Source: an uncultured bacterium
Lineage (GTDB): Bacteria > Krumholzibacteriota > Krumholzibacteriia > Krumholzibacteriales > Krumholzibacteriaceae
DNA: 64,000 nucleotides
Direction: 5' to 3'
Assembly (NCBI GenBank): GCA_963813815.1
Contig: CAWFAD010000016.1
Location: 256,001 to 320,000 of the forward strand
The translations under genes were made by a program, and so were the position numbers. Below, in pieces: positions 53,431 through 62,444 of this stretch (the first letter of the stretch is position 1; each line of letters begins with the position of its first letter). The notes beneath the pieces are model-generated. The model was not told where the DNA came from and did no database searches. It saw only the letters and a program-made list of their open reading frames with translations.

Positions 53431-54435
53431 GTGGTACTCGCGAACGTCATTCTCCCCGTCTTTTTCATCATCTTTCTCGGCTTTCTCCTGAGAAAATACG
53501 GAAGGGTGGACCTGCGCGCGTTCTCTCGCGCGCAGCTCTACCTTCTTTCCCCCGCGCTCGTCTTTATGTCGCTCGCGAACGCCGAGGCCGAGACGGGGCT
53601 CATTCTTCGCGTGCTCCTCTTCATCGTCTGCATGCAGGCGGTGATCCTCGCCATCGCCCTCGGGGCGGGCTTCGTCGCGCGCCGCGACCGCGCCGAGCGG
53701 CAGGCGATCGCCATCTCATCCGTTTTCGTGAACAGCGGCTTCTACGGCATCCCCGTGTGCATGCTCGCCTTCGGGGAGTGGGGCCTCGTCTACGGAACGA
53801 TCTACATGGTCGCCTCCTCCATAACGCAGTCGACGACGGGGATCTTTCTCGCGAGCGCGGGGCGGCAGGGCGCGCGGCAGGCGTTCGCGGCGATCTTCAA
53901 GGTGCCGCTCATATACGCGATCGTCGCGGCGAGGGTGCTCGTGCATTACGACGCGCTGCCGAGCGAGCCCTTCATGAAAATGATCAACATGCTCGGCCAG
54001 TCGGCCATCCCGCTCGGCCTCATACTCCTCGGGATGCAGCTCGAGCGGATCGCGCTCGAGTGGTCGATATGGCGAGGCGGCGCCGCGGCCGCGCTCGACC
54101 TCGAAGGGGAGTGAGGCGCCTGCGCCGGCCTCGTGCCCGCCGGGCGACACCGCCGCGACCGTCGGCAGGGACGTGAAGGATGGAATGGCGGGCGGCCGCG
54201 CTCCGGATCGCCGGGGGGTTCGTCGTTTCGTTCGCTCTCGTTCATCTTTTCGACTTCGGTCCCAACATGAATCAGGTGATCATTCTGCAGTCGTCGATGC
54301 CGACCGCCGTCAACATGGTGGTGTACGCCACGGAGTGGAACTGCAGACCGCGCATAGTGGCGGTCGCGATTCTCGCCTCGACGCTCGCGAGCGTCGCGAG
54401 CATACCCGATCATACTGCGGCTCATCGGAGGGTAG
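53431..54435 (+). CDS. AEC-family (malate permease-like) transporter, frameshifted near 54110-54190 and 54410
   Basis: NVILPVF, PALVF, NSGFYGIP, IPLGLILLGMQL; C-terminal QSSMPTAVN...STLAS in a different frame. Confidence 0.82.
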
Positions 54436-54484
54436 GGGGCGGCGGCCGCTTTCCCGCCGTCGGTGGCCAGCCGCCGGGGACGCA

Positions 54485-55216
54485 ATGCCGGAACGCATAT
54501 TTCATTTCACGCCGGAAAACGCCGAGGGGGCGGCGCGTCTTTTTGCCGCTTGCTCGCGGCTCCGCTCCGAGGGCGCGCGCATCCGCGTCGGCGTGCTCGA
54601 GAGCAGCTTCGGGCCGGCGCGGGGTCTCGCGCTGCCGCCGCCGTCTGCGTCGCTCGGGGATCTCGAATCGCTCGGCGCATCGGACGAAGCGCTCGTTATC
54701 GTGAGCCACGCGGCGATGTCGCGCGTCGAGGAGATATCGCGGCCGGACTATCTCGCGGTTGTCGGGGGCGGTGTGCGGTTCGGGGCGTTTTCCGACGAGG
54801 TCGGGCGCGCCGGGCTTCGCTTCGCGCACGAGCCGGACGAGGCGATGCGCGAAACGACGATCGCGGGGCTCATCATGGCGGGGACGCGCTTTCCGACGGA
54901 CGAGAGGTTCGGCGATCTCCGCGAGCAGGTGCTCTCGCTCGAGCTCGCGATTCCGAAGGGGGAGGTCATCCGTACCGGCTCGCGGGCGGTGAAGGATGTG
55001 GCGGGATACAATATAGCCGGGTTCGTCATGGGCGGTGGCGGGCGTTGCGGGATGATCGCGCGGGCGACGCTCCGGCTCCTGCCGATGGCGTTCGGGGGAG
55101 CCGCCGCCGGAGGGACGCCCGCCCCGAGCGTGGCGGGCCGGCCTATCGAAGGCCCGCCGGCGCTCGCCGAGCGCGTGTACGATGTTTTCGATCCCTCGCG
55201 CATCATGCTGCCCTAG
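54485..55216 (+). CDS. Divergent FAD-binding oxidoreductase subunit (GlcE/GlcD-like)
   Basis: TIAG, FG..REQVL.LE....GEV...GSRAVKDVAGY, C-terminal FDP..I. Confidence 0.75.
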   Translation: MPERIFHFTPENAEGAARLFAACSRLRSEGARIRVGVLESSFGPARGLALPPPSASLGDLESLGASDEALVIVSHAAMSRVEEISRPDYLAVVGGGVRFGAFSDEVGRAGLRFAHEPDEAMRETTIAGLIMAGTRFPTDERFGDLREQVLSLELAIPKGEVIRTGSRAVKDVAGYNIAGFVMGGGGRCGMIARATLRLLPMAFGGAAAGGTPAPSVAGRPIEGPPALAERVYDVFDPSRIMLP

Positions 55217-55256
55217 CCCGGGTGCGCGATGGGGTGTGACGGCCGAAGAGGAACGC

Positions 55257-56882
55257 ATGGCAAACAATGATCTGAAAAGCAAAGAGTCGTCGAGCGACGT
55301 GACGAAGGATTTTCTGCTGTGCAACCGGTGCGGCTCGTGCCGATTCGTCTGTCCCCTCGTCCCCGTGTATCGCGAGGAGTGGGTGGGCGCGCGGGGCAAG
55401 GTCGAGCTCGCGGAAGCCTTCCTGCGCGGCGATCGGATCGGCGACCGTGAGCTCCGCAAGATTTTCGACCTCTGTCTCCACTGCATGGCGTGCGAGGAGA
55501 ACTGCCCCTCCGGCGTGCGCGCGGACGAGATCGTGATGGCGGCCCGCGCGGAGATGGCGCGCAGGGGAAAGATGTCGCGCGTGAAGCGGCTCGCGCTGCG
55601 GATCGTGGAAGGGGCGGACGGCGGCCTCTTTCGCGCCATGAGGGCGCTCGGGTTCGCCCGGAGGGCGCCGCTGCACGGCGTCGGCGGCCGAAGCCCGCTC
55701 TCGATCCTGTATCCGCTTCTCGGGTGGCCGCGAGAGAGGTTCGTGCCGCTCCCCGCCGCGAAGCCATTTCTCGGATCGGGGCCCGAACTCTATCCCGCGG
55801 GCGCCGTGGACGCGCCGCGGCTCGAGGATGAGGCCCTTCGCCGGATCGGCGCCGGCTCGCGCGTGGACCCTGCCAAGGCGGAGGATCTCGCGCGCCGCGT
55901 CCGAGCGGCGCGCGAGCGGAACCTCGCCGCGGGGAAGCGCGTGTACTTCTTCGTCGGGCACATGGTGAACAATTTCTTTCCCGAGGAGGCGCGGGCCGTC
56001 GCGCGGCTCCTCAACATTCTCGGATACGACGTCCTCGCGCCGGGCGATCAGCTCTGCTGCGGGGCGCCCGTCTACTACGCGGGAGACATCGAGGGGGCGC
56101 GCGAGGCGGCGACGCGCGTGCTCGAAAGTCTCGATGGAAAAGCGTACGACGCGATCATCACGACGTGCGCGTCGGGCGGCTACATGCTCGAGAGCGAATT
56201 TCCACGGCTCCTCGATCTCAACGAGGACGGCTACTTCGAAATTAGCTATGAGAAGGAAAGCGACACGTTCGAGCGCGGCCCGCGGCGGAGCGGAATGGGG
56301 CGAGATCTCTCTCGCGCCCGGGAGCTCTATCGGCGCCTCGTCGAGGGCAAGGTGCGCGACGTGAACGAGCTCGTGGCCGAAGCGCTCGATCTTCACGATG
56401 GCCATGGGAAGAAAATCGGAGGCGGAGAGGCCGAGGAGCTGCACGAGCCGGCCGCGAAAGAAGCAACTCCGGATTCGCCGCTCCCCGTCGTCACCTATCA
56501 TCACCCGTGCCATCTCAACCGCGGGCAGAAGGTCGACTGGCAACCCGAGGCGATCCTCGACGCGCTTCCCGGCCATCGCTACGTTCGCATGAAAGACGCG
56601 GACCGCTGCTGCGGTGGGGGTGGGGCGTTCACGTTTCTCAATGCAGCGGCCTCGGCCGAGATAGCCCGCGTCAAGATCGACGCGATCGAGGCCGTGAGCC
56701 CCGCGGTCGTCGCGACGGCGTGCCCGCTCTGCCGGATTCAGCTCATGGATATGATGAGGCGGCGGAGGGGGACGGCCGCGGTCCCCGTGAAGACGCCTCC
56801 GGAGCTCCTTCTCGAGGAGATAGACGGCCTTTTCCGGGCCGGGCAGGAGGCGTCGCGGAAGGCCGCCTCACGGGCCGGCTAG
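55257..56882 (+). CDS. Fe-S oxidoreductase (GlcF-like): two 4Fe-4S motifs plus two CCG domains
   Basis: CNRCGSCRFVCP, CLHCMACEENCP, QLCCGAP, YHHPCHL, CCGGGG, TACPLC. Confidence 0.88.
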   Translation: MANNDLKSKESSSDVTKDFLLCNRCGSCRFVCPLVPVYREEWVGARGKVELAEAFLRGDRIGDRELRKIFDLCLHCMACEENCPSGVRADEIVMAARAEMARRGKMSRVKRLALRIVEGADGGLFRAMRALGFARRAPLHGVGGRSPLSILYPLLGWPRERFVPLPAAKPFLGSGPELYPAGAVDAPRLEDEALRRIGAGSRVDPAKAEDLARRVRAARERNLAAGKRVYFFVGHMVNNFFPEEARAVARLLNILGYDVLAPGDQLCCGAPVYYAGDIEGAREAATRVLESLDGKAYDAIITTCASGGYMLESEFPRLLDLNEDGYFEISYEKESDTFERGPRRSGMGRDLSRARELYRRLVEGKVRDVNELVAEALDLHDGHGKKIGGGEAEELHEPAAKEATPDSPLPVVTYHHPCHLNRGQKVDWQPEAILDALPGHRYVRMKDADRCCGGGGAFTFLNAAASAEIARVKIDAIEAVSPAVVATACPLCRIQLMDMMRRRRGTAAVPVKTPPELLLEEIDGLFRAGQEASRKAASRAG

Positions 56883-56952
56883 CGCCGGGCAATCGCTCGC
56901 GCCGCAACGGGTTGCCCGCGCGGACGCGGCCCGCCGCCGGGCCATTATGGCG

Positions 56953-56981
56953 TTGACATCGGTGTGCCGCGGCACTATTAT
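56953..56981 (+). promoter_or_regulatory. Sigma70-type promoter of tRNA-Asn
   Basis: TTGACA (56953-56958), 17 nt, TATTAT (56976-56981). Confidence 0.7.
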
Positions 56982-57040
56982 AGATTCTCGGCGATGCCTC
57001 CGGGCGTCGCTTGGTTTTTGAAAATTGAAAATCCTTGTGC

Positions 57041-57116
57041 TCCTCAGTAGCTCAATCGGTAGAGCATCCGGCTGTTAACCGGAGGGTTGTAGGTTCAAGT
57101 CCTACCTGAGGAGCCA
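57041..57116 (+). tRNA. tRNA-Asn(GTT), island integration site
   Basis: TCCTCAG/CTGAGGA acceptor stem; TCCGG-CTGTTAA-CCGGA; GGTTCAAGTCC; CCA. Confidence 0.97.
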
Positions 57117-58596
57117 GTTTTTATTTCGCTCTTCCATAGGCGCATTTACCGCCATTAGTTTCTCTTCTTCCTCGATTCCATTTATCAGTATTTCAAACGG
57201 TTTCGTGAGTTCGTATTCCAGCTTCCCGTCCCGCAATATCGGGTTCCAGACGGCCATTTCCAAAAGTTGCCGCTGATGGCGCCCATCCGCCGCAAGGTAC
57301 GCTGGATAAATATTTTGCGCCACTTCCAGCAGCACGTTCGCGTCTTCCATGTATTCGAGACTTTCCTCTTCCGTTCCCGCCCGCAGCTCCTTGAGCTTTC
57401 CTTGCTCCCCTCGATACTGCTCATACTTGCTCTTCCAGAATTCCGCATCGACAACACCGGCCGTTTTATCCTCGTACAGCGTCCCGATCTTGCGCTCGAT
57501 CTCCTCGATTTCCGCTTGGAGCTTCTTTCGCTCTTTCGCCCTGTACTGCTTTTCCTCGGCCAGGAGCCCCGACATACCCTTGATGAGCCACTCAGCACGT
57601 TCCCTGGTCATTCTGAGCGCCTTCAGAGGCTCTCCGAGTAGCTCGGTCAGCCTTTCTTCCCGTATGGGCTTCTCCTGGCATTTACCGCGCGTCTTTGTGC
57701 AACGGTAGTAGACGTACTTTCCCTTCTTCTCGAAGGGCGTCAAGAATCCCCCGCAATGCCCACACCGCACGAATCCCCGGAACGTATACTCCCGCGTGTG
57801 CTTCCTCGCCCATCTTCTCGACTCTCTGACTTTCTGCGCCGTGTTGAAACACCGCCCGCGTGATGATCGCGTCATGCGTCCCCTTGTACCGCTCGCCCTT
57901 CCACACGAAATCGCCCACGTACACGGGATTCTTGAGCATGTTATCTATCTGGAAAGCGAATACCGTCTTTCCCTTCCTCGACCGCAGCCCTTTCTCCCTT
58001 GCCATCCGCGTCAGCTCGAGCAGCGACACGAAGCCCGTTGCGTAAGCATCGAAGAGCTGCCGAATGATTCCCGCCCTCGTGAAATCGATATCGATTCCCT
58101 TTGTCTGCGGATTGTTCACGTAACCGAGAGGCGCCCACGACGGGTAGAGCCCTTGCTGCGCTTTTTCGAGCATTCCCTTCCGCGTCTCCTCCGACAGCAG
58201 ATCGATGTAGCTCTTCGCGATTGCGACCTTGATGCTGTACATGAGCTTGTCGCTTTGCCGCGCATCGGCGCCGATTACTTGACCCTCTTTGACGAAATGG
58301 ACTGTGCGCCCCGTGTCCTCGATCTTCACCATGTCCCGAAAGTTGCGCGTCAGCCGGTCCGTCTTCTCGACGAGTATGTGTTCCACCTCTGGATTATGCG
58401 CCAGATAATCCAGCATCTTCTCGAATTCGCTCCGCCCGGCTGCCTTAGCGCTTTCGACTTCCTCGAATTCCCTTACGACTGATAGCCGCTGCTTCTCTGC
58501 GTAGTCTCTCAGCAATTTCCTTTGAGCAGGTATTGAGTACCCTTTCTCTGATTGTTCCTTGCTCGAAACCCGCACGTATAAAACTGCCTTGTCCAT
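57102..58596 (-). CDS. Large serine recombinase/integrase (one frameshift at ~57847)
   Basis: YVRVSS catalytic Ser motif, ESAK..R, EKTDRLTRN, recombinase domain (PLGY, NPVYVG, H.AII), Zn ribbon CGHCG..YYRC, coiled coil; removing one T from GTGTTTCAAC joins the two ORFs. Confidence 0.9.
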
Positions 58597-59455
58597 CTTC
58601 GCCTCCATCGTCATTGTTCGCGAACCCTGCTAATACCACATTCCCTTCCACCGTTTCAATCCCCCGCGGCTCATCTATGGCGTACTCCGCGATCATTTCC
58701 TTGAGGAACCCGTTGCCGTCATAGAGCTTTCGATTAATTTCGAGGCCCCCAATTTTTTCCAGTGTATCCATGCCGATAGGGGAGACCTGCCACTTCATGT
58801 CGCCCATATCGAACCCCCGCAGCTTTATGTCTCTCGATGTCGATACTCTCCGAAGCCGCCTCGTCGCTCTTCCCCCGGATCCCTTCGTCATGTACTTTGC
58901 AAGATACCTTCCCACGTCCCGTATTTCATGTGCACGCGTGATGAACACAATGCGGCCCCCGCCCACTGCTTCCCATGCTTGGCTTATCCAATTTTGCGGG
59001 ATGAATCTATCTACGAGCGCGTGCAGATGCGGTAGCCCTGATTCGTGCAGCTCCAGAACGCAAATGTACGACGGCGCTTCATCGAACCTGCGCCTGAGGT
59101 ACACCCTGAACTTGCTCCATACGTTCCAGATGTATTCATGCGGGTTCCGGTTCTCCGGTATCGCTTGCGGATCGAGTGTCAGCGTCAGAAAGCGATCTAG
59201 TCCCTTTTCGATCGCAGCCCTTGCGATGTCATTGCATCTCTGCCATGCCCTTAGCGGTCCACACACAGGACAGCCCCACCGCTTGCAGTACAGCCGCCTG
59301 TATACGTACTTTTCTTTTCCCCCCTCTTCCGCGACCTTTCTTCTTATCGCCCTCTGCCCACATACCCTGTTACGTTTATGCTTCTTTATATCAAGTGAAG
59401 AGAGCCAAGAATCCCCGCCACCCATACCCCACACACCCTTTCTCGCCCTTCCCAA
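58445..59455 (-). CDS. HUH-superfamily rolling-circle replication initiator (two-Tyr type)
   Basis: CxxxxCPxC, motif I FLTLT, motif II PHLHAL, motif III YLAKYMTK; start may be 59425; the 3' end overlaps the recombinase and is uncertain. Confidence 0.85.
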   Translation of the reverse strand: MGRARKGVWGMGGGDSWLSSLDIKKHKRNRVCGQRAIRRKVAEEGGKEKYVYRRLYCKRWGCPVCGPLRAWQRCNDIARAAIEKGLDRFLTLTLDPQAIPENRNPHEYIWNVWSKFRVYLRRRFDEAPSYICVLELHESGLPHLHALVDRFIPQNWISQAWEAVGGGRIVFITRAHEIRDVGRYLAKYMTKGSGGRATRRLRRVSTSRDIKLRGFDMGDMKWQVSPIGMDTLEKIGGLEINRKLYDGNGFLKEMIAEYAIDEPRGIETVEGNVVLAGFANNDDGGEDGQGSFIRAGFEQGTIRERVLNTCSKEIAERLRREAAAISRKGIRGSRKR

Positions 59456-59693
59456 TACGCAAACGGCCGCTCGCCCGAGCTCTCCATCAGCTCGGCCGGC
59501 GGCCTGCTCCTGAATACAGAAACAGCGTCCCTAGCATTGCCACATCTCGTTAGCCTGCTGATAGACGCTGCTAACTCGCCGCTATTCTCTTTCACCTTCC
59601 ATCCTCCCATCCTCCCCGCACCCGCAACGCAATGTGGCACAGCATCGGCAAAAGCGCAAGTACTTTATTGCTTTCCCTTAGATGCATGCCATC

Positions 59694-60140
59694 CTAACGC
59701 TTACTCCCTTTCCTCCAAACAGTGAGCCCATATACACACCAAATCGGTGATATCACTATCAAGCATTTCAGAAAGAACCAGCCAAAATCCGCCAGTTTAT
59801 CCAGCTTATCTGCGCTATTATCCGTTACCGCAAAATACGCAAATATGACAACCGATAGCAAAATGGGCCATGATATCTTCTTGATAACATGTCTTTCTAC
59901 GATGCCCGCCCAAGTAGCATCTGCTCTTATATCTTCTAATCTCTCATCGACGGGGCGAGCTTGGGCTGGAATAGGGGTGAAATCGTTAGTTTGCTCCAAA
60001 ACGCTGCTTGTAATATGCGTCCCCCCAGTTTCTAGCTCTTGTTGCAATGAGGCTTCGTCCGTGCTTGTATCTATCCTTGGCGTAATAATCTTCTTCCTTA
60101 CGCCAGACGCAATTTTGCGACGTTTTCTTGTCTCAGCCAT
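59694..60140 (-). CDS. Hypothetical protein: charged, likely disordered N-terminus and two C-terminal TM helices
   Basis: ISWPILLSVVIFAYFAV and FGWFFLKCLIVISPIWCVYGLTVW; 6 nt downstream of the preceding gene. Confidence 0.7.
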   Translation of the reverse strand: MAETRKRRKIASGVRKKIITPRIDTSTDEASLQQELETGGTHITSSVLEQTNDFTPIPAQARPVDERLEDIRADATWAGIVERHVIKKISWPILLSVVIFAYFAVTDNSADKLDKLADFGWFFLKCLIVISPIWCVYGLTVWRKGSKR

Positions 60141-60146
60141 TCCGAT

Positions 60147-60836
60147 CTACCCTAAGACGAGACTCTCAATCGCCCTGTACTTTGCCCATGTTGCGTCGGA
60201 GAACCTTTGGATTTGCGTCAGCAACTCCTCGCCATTTATGACCTTTTCTGGCTTGCTCCAGTAATCGATATCGATAAAAAGGCCGACGTCCGAATACTCT
60301 TCGTCTCTCTTGAATATGCCAGCTACTTGATCTCTCTTCATCGGGCCGCTCATTGTATTAAAGTGCCCAAGCCGATCACGATAGTTCACCATACCCCCAA
60401 TGTCTTCAATCTCAGCGTCTAGTGCTCTTCTTGCGGTCTCATTCACGCCAACGTATCTTGAGAGATACAGCTCCAGCAATTTGTCAAAGCTACCTTTGTA
60501 TTCTCTGTAGAATCTTCCCCGACATCCGATTCTGTGTATCATCAACTCCTTGCCGTATCCCTCCAATTCGAACAAGAACTTAAACAGTTTCTTGCCTTTC
60601 TCCGGAAAATAGTTGGCTGTTGATGAATTGATGACCATGAAGACTGTATTCTTGAATGCAACCGTTACCCGATGCAGCTGGTCGGGATCCACGAGTGCGA
60701 TTGAATTGTCATCTATGCTCCATTCTGGCAACTCCATGAATAAGGAGATCGCCTCAGCCCAGCTGCCACGGTAATCAAGCAGCTTTGCATTTGGCTTGTA
60801 CCTTATTTCGAGTATCTGCTCGTTACGCAGTTCCAT
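60147..60836 (-). CDS. Hypothetical protein resembling the TIGR04255 sporadically distributed family
   Basis: AGGAG RBS; EQILEIRY, IHRIGCR and LFIDIDY spaced like the family's ExxxElRF / RIGLR / lDiD motifs (by eye). Confidence 0.65.
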   Translation of the reverse strand: MELRNEQILEIRYKPNAKLLDYRGSWAEAISLFMELPEWSIDDNSIALVDPDQLHRVTVAFKNTVFMVINSSTANYFPEKGKKLFKFLFELEGYGKELMIHRIGCRGRFYREYKGSFDKLLELYLSRYVGVNETARRALDAEIEDIGGMVNYRDRLGHFNTMSGPMKRDQVAGIFKRDEEYSDVGLFIDIDYWSKPEKVINGEELLTQIQRFSDATWAKYRAIESLVLG

Positions 60837-60898
60837 ATTTCGCTCCTATTGCCGCTACTCCTGCTTCTTGAATCATGGACAACGACTGCATGCTGTAT

Positions 60899-60928
60899 AT
60901 CATAGCCTCTCGCAAGATTACATGTCAA
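60899..60928 (-). promoter_or_regulatory. Sigma70-type promoter of the two-gene cargo operon
   Basis: Minus strand TTGACA (60928-60923), 18 nt, TATGAT (60904-60899). Confidence 0.55.
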
Positions 60929-61120
60929 GATTCTGTCCCCGCACCAAACTAGAATCATTCTCGCATCGCCCCATTTCATCGGGGTGGCGTTCTGATAGCG
61001 TTCCTAATTTCGCCCAACTTTGGGAGCCAGTCATTTCCCCTCCTCGAATCCATTCCGACCATTCTGGAACATCATGGAAATTTGTCTTGACATTCTTCCA
61101 TGATGATGGAAAATGGTCAG

Positions 61121-62356
61121 ATGAAGCGCTCTCTCGAAACGCTCCTCGATCTCGCGCATTTCCCGCATCGGAGGATCGCATTCGTCGTGGGACCGCGGCA
61201 GGTGGGAAAGACGACCCTCGCGCAGGCCATGCTCGCGAAGCGAAAATCGAAGGATCTCTACCGCAGTTGGGACGATCTCGAGTGGCGCCGCGAATTCGCC
61301 GGCGCGCCATACGGATTCATCGATGCCTTCCGGCCGAAGGGCACGGGGGAGAGGCCGCTCGCGGTTCTGGACGAGATTCACAAGTACCCCCGATGGAAGG
61401 CGTATCTCAAGGGGCTCTGGGATACGCGCAAGGATCGAATGGATCTGTTGGTGACGGGGAGCGGACGCCTCGATGTGTATCAGCGCGGAGGCGACAGCCT
61501 TCTCGGTCGGTATCATCAGTATCGTCTGCACCCGCTATCCGTGAAGGAAATTATTGATCCCAAAGACGCGTCGCTTTCGGACAGCCCCGAAGCGGTTATG
61601 AAATCTCTTCTGAAACTCGCCGGGCCCGCTCCGGCCGAGGCGCGGAAGGCGCTCAAGGGCTTGCTGCGATGGGGAGGCTTCCCCGAGCCGTTTCTGGAGA
61701 AGAGCGAACGGCAGCATCGCCTTTGGCTGCGGGAGCGCCGCATCCTAATCGTAAAAGAAGATCTGCGCGATCTGACGCGCATTCGGATGCTCTCGCATGT
61801 GGAGGAGTTGATCGAGCTTCTTGTTCTTCGCGCGGGGGGCGTGCTTTCGTACAACGCGCTCCACGAGGATCTGCAGGTTGCCGTCGAATCGGTTCGCCAG
61901 TGGACGGACCATCTTCAGCGTCTCTACTTTCTGTTTCTGATCCGGCCGTTCGCGGGGAAGCTCGCTCGCTCCCTGCGCAAGGAGCCGAAGCTCTACCTCT
62001 GGGATTGGTCCGAGGTCATGGAAGATGGAGCCCGCTTCGAGAACCTCATCGCGAGCCACCTTCTCAAGTGGTGCCATTTTACACAGGACTTCGGATTTCC
62101 ACCGCTCGACCTTCATTACGTGCGGGACAGAGAGAAACGCGAGGTGGATTTCCTCCTGACTCTCGACCGAAAACCCTGGGCGCTTGTCGAAGCCAAGCTG
62201 TCCGACACATCGCCGGCTCCGGCCATGAGCTATTTCGCCGAACGTCTCAAGACGCCTCACAGGATTCAGGTGGTTCTGGAATGCGAGCGGCCGGGCATGG
62301 CCGGGGATGTTCATGTGATCGATGCCGCGAACTTCCTCCGCACTCTGCCTGTCTAG
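61121..62356 (+). CDS. AAA_14/DUF4143-type ATPase with C-terminal restriction-endonuclease-like motif
   Basis: GPRQVGKTT, LDEIHK, VTGSG, WGGFPE, K.PKLY..D, FEN, EVDF....VEAK. Confidence 0.88.
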   Translation: MKRSLETLLDLAHFPHRRIAFVVGPRQVGKTTLAQAMLAKRKSKDLYRSWDDLEWRREFAGAPYGFIDAFRPKGTGERPLAVLDEIHKYPRWKAYLKGLWDTRKDRMDLLVTGSGRLDVYQRGGDSLLGRYHQYRLHPLSVKEIIDPKDASLSDSPEAVMKSLLKLAGPAPAEARKALKGLLRWGGFPEPFLEKSERQHRLWLRERRILIVKEDLRDLTRIRMLSHVEELIELLVLRAGGVLSYNALHEDLQVAVESVRQWTDHLQRLYFLFLIRPFAGKLARSLRKEPKLYLWDWSEVMEDGARFENLIASHLLKWCHFTQDFGFPPLDLHYVRDREKREVDFLLTLDRKPWALVEAKLSDTSPAPAMSYFAERLKTPHRIQVVLECERPGMAGDVHVIDAANFLRTLPV

Positions 62357-62390
62357 CTGCATTTCGTTGATATCCGCGCTCGTAGTTTCT

Positions 62391-62444
62391 GCATCCGGCG
62401 ATTAATCGGATGGTTGTAGGTTCAAGTTCTACCTGAGGAGCCAG
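62391..62444 (+). repeat. Degenerate copy of the tRNA-Asn 3' part (att site)
   Basis: gcatccggcGAttaaTcggaTggttgtaggttcaagtTctacctgaggagccag versus 57064-57117. Confidence 0.9.

Larger units (their letters stand above)
57064..62444. mobile_element. ~5.3 kb tRNA-Asn-integrated element (serine recombinase, HUH Rep, cargo)
   Basis: Bounded by the tRNA 3' part (57064-57117) and a 54-nt copy of it with 5 mismatches (62391-62444); lower GC; recombinase next to the tRNA. Confidence 0.88.

Noticed and set aside
57830..57860. Programmed frameshift in the recombinase
   Set aside because: No slippery heptamer is present; a single extra T fits the indel errors seen elsewhere in the window.
57117..62390. 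Island as a prophage (inovirus or microvirus)
   Set aside because: No recognisable capsid, Zot-like ATPase or run of small coat genes; the ATPase present is of the AAA_14/DUF4143 type.
62391..62444. A second tRNA gene
   Set aside because: It lacks the 5' acceptor strand and most of the D arm, and the anticodon loop is altered; it is an att remnant.
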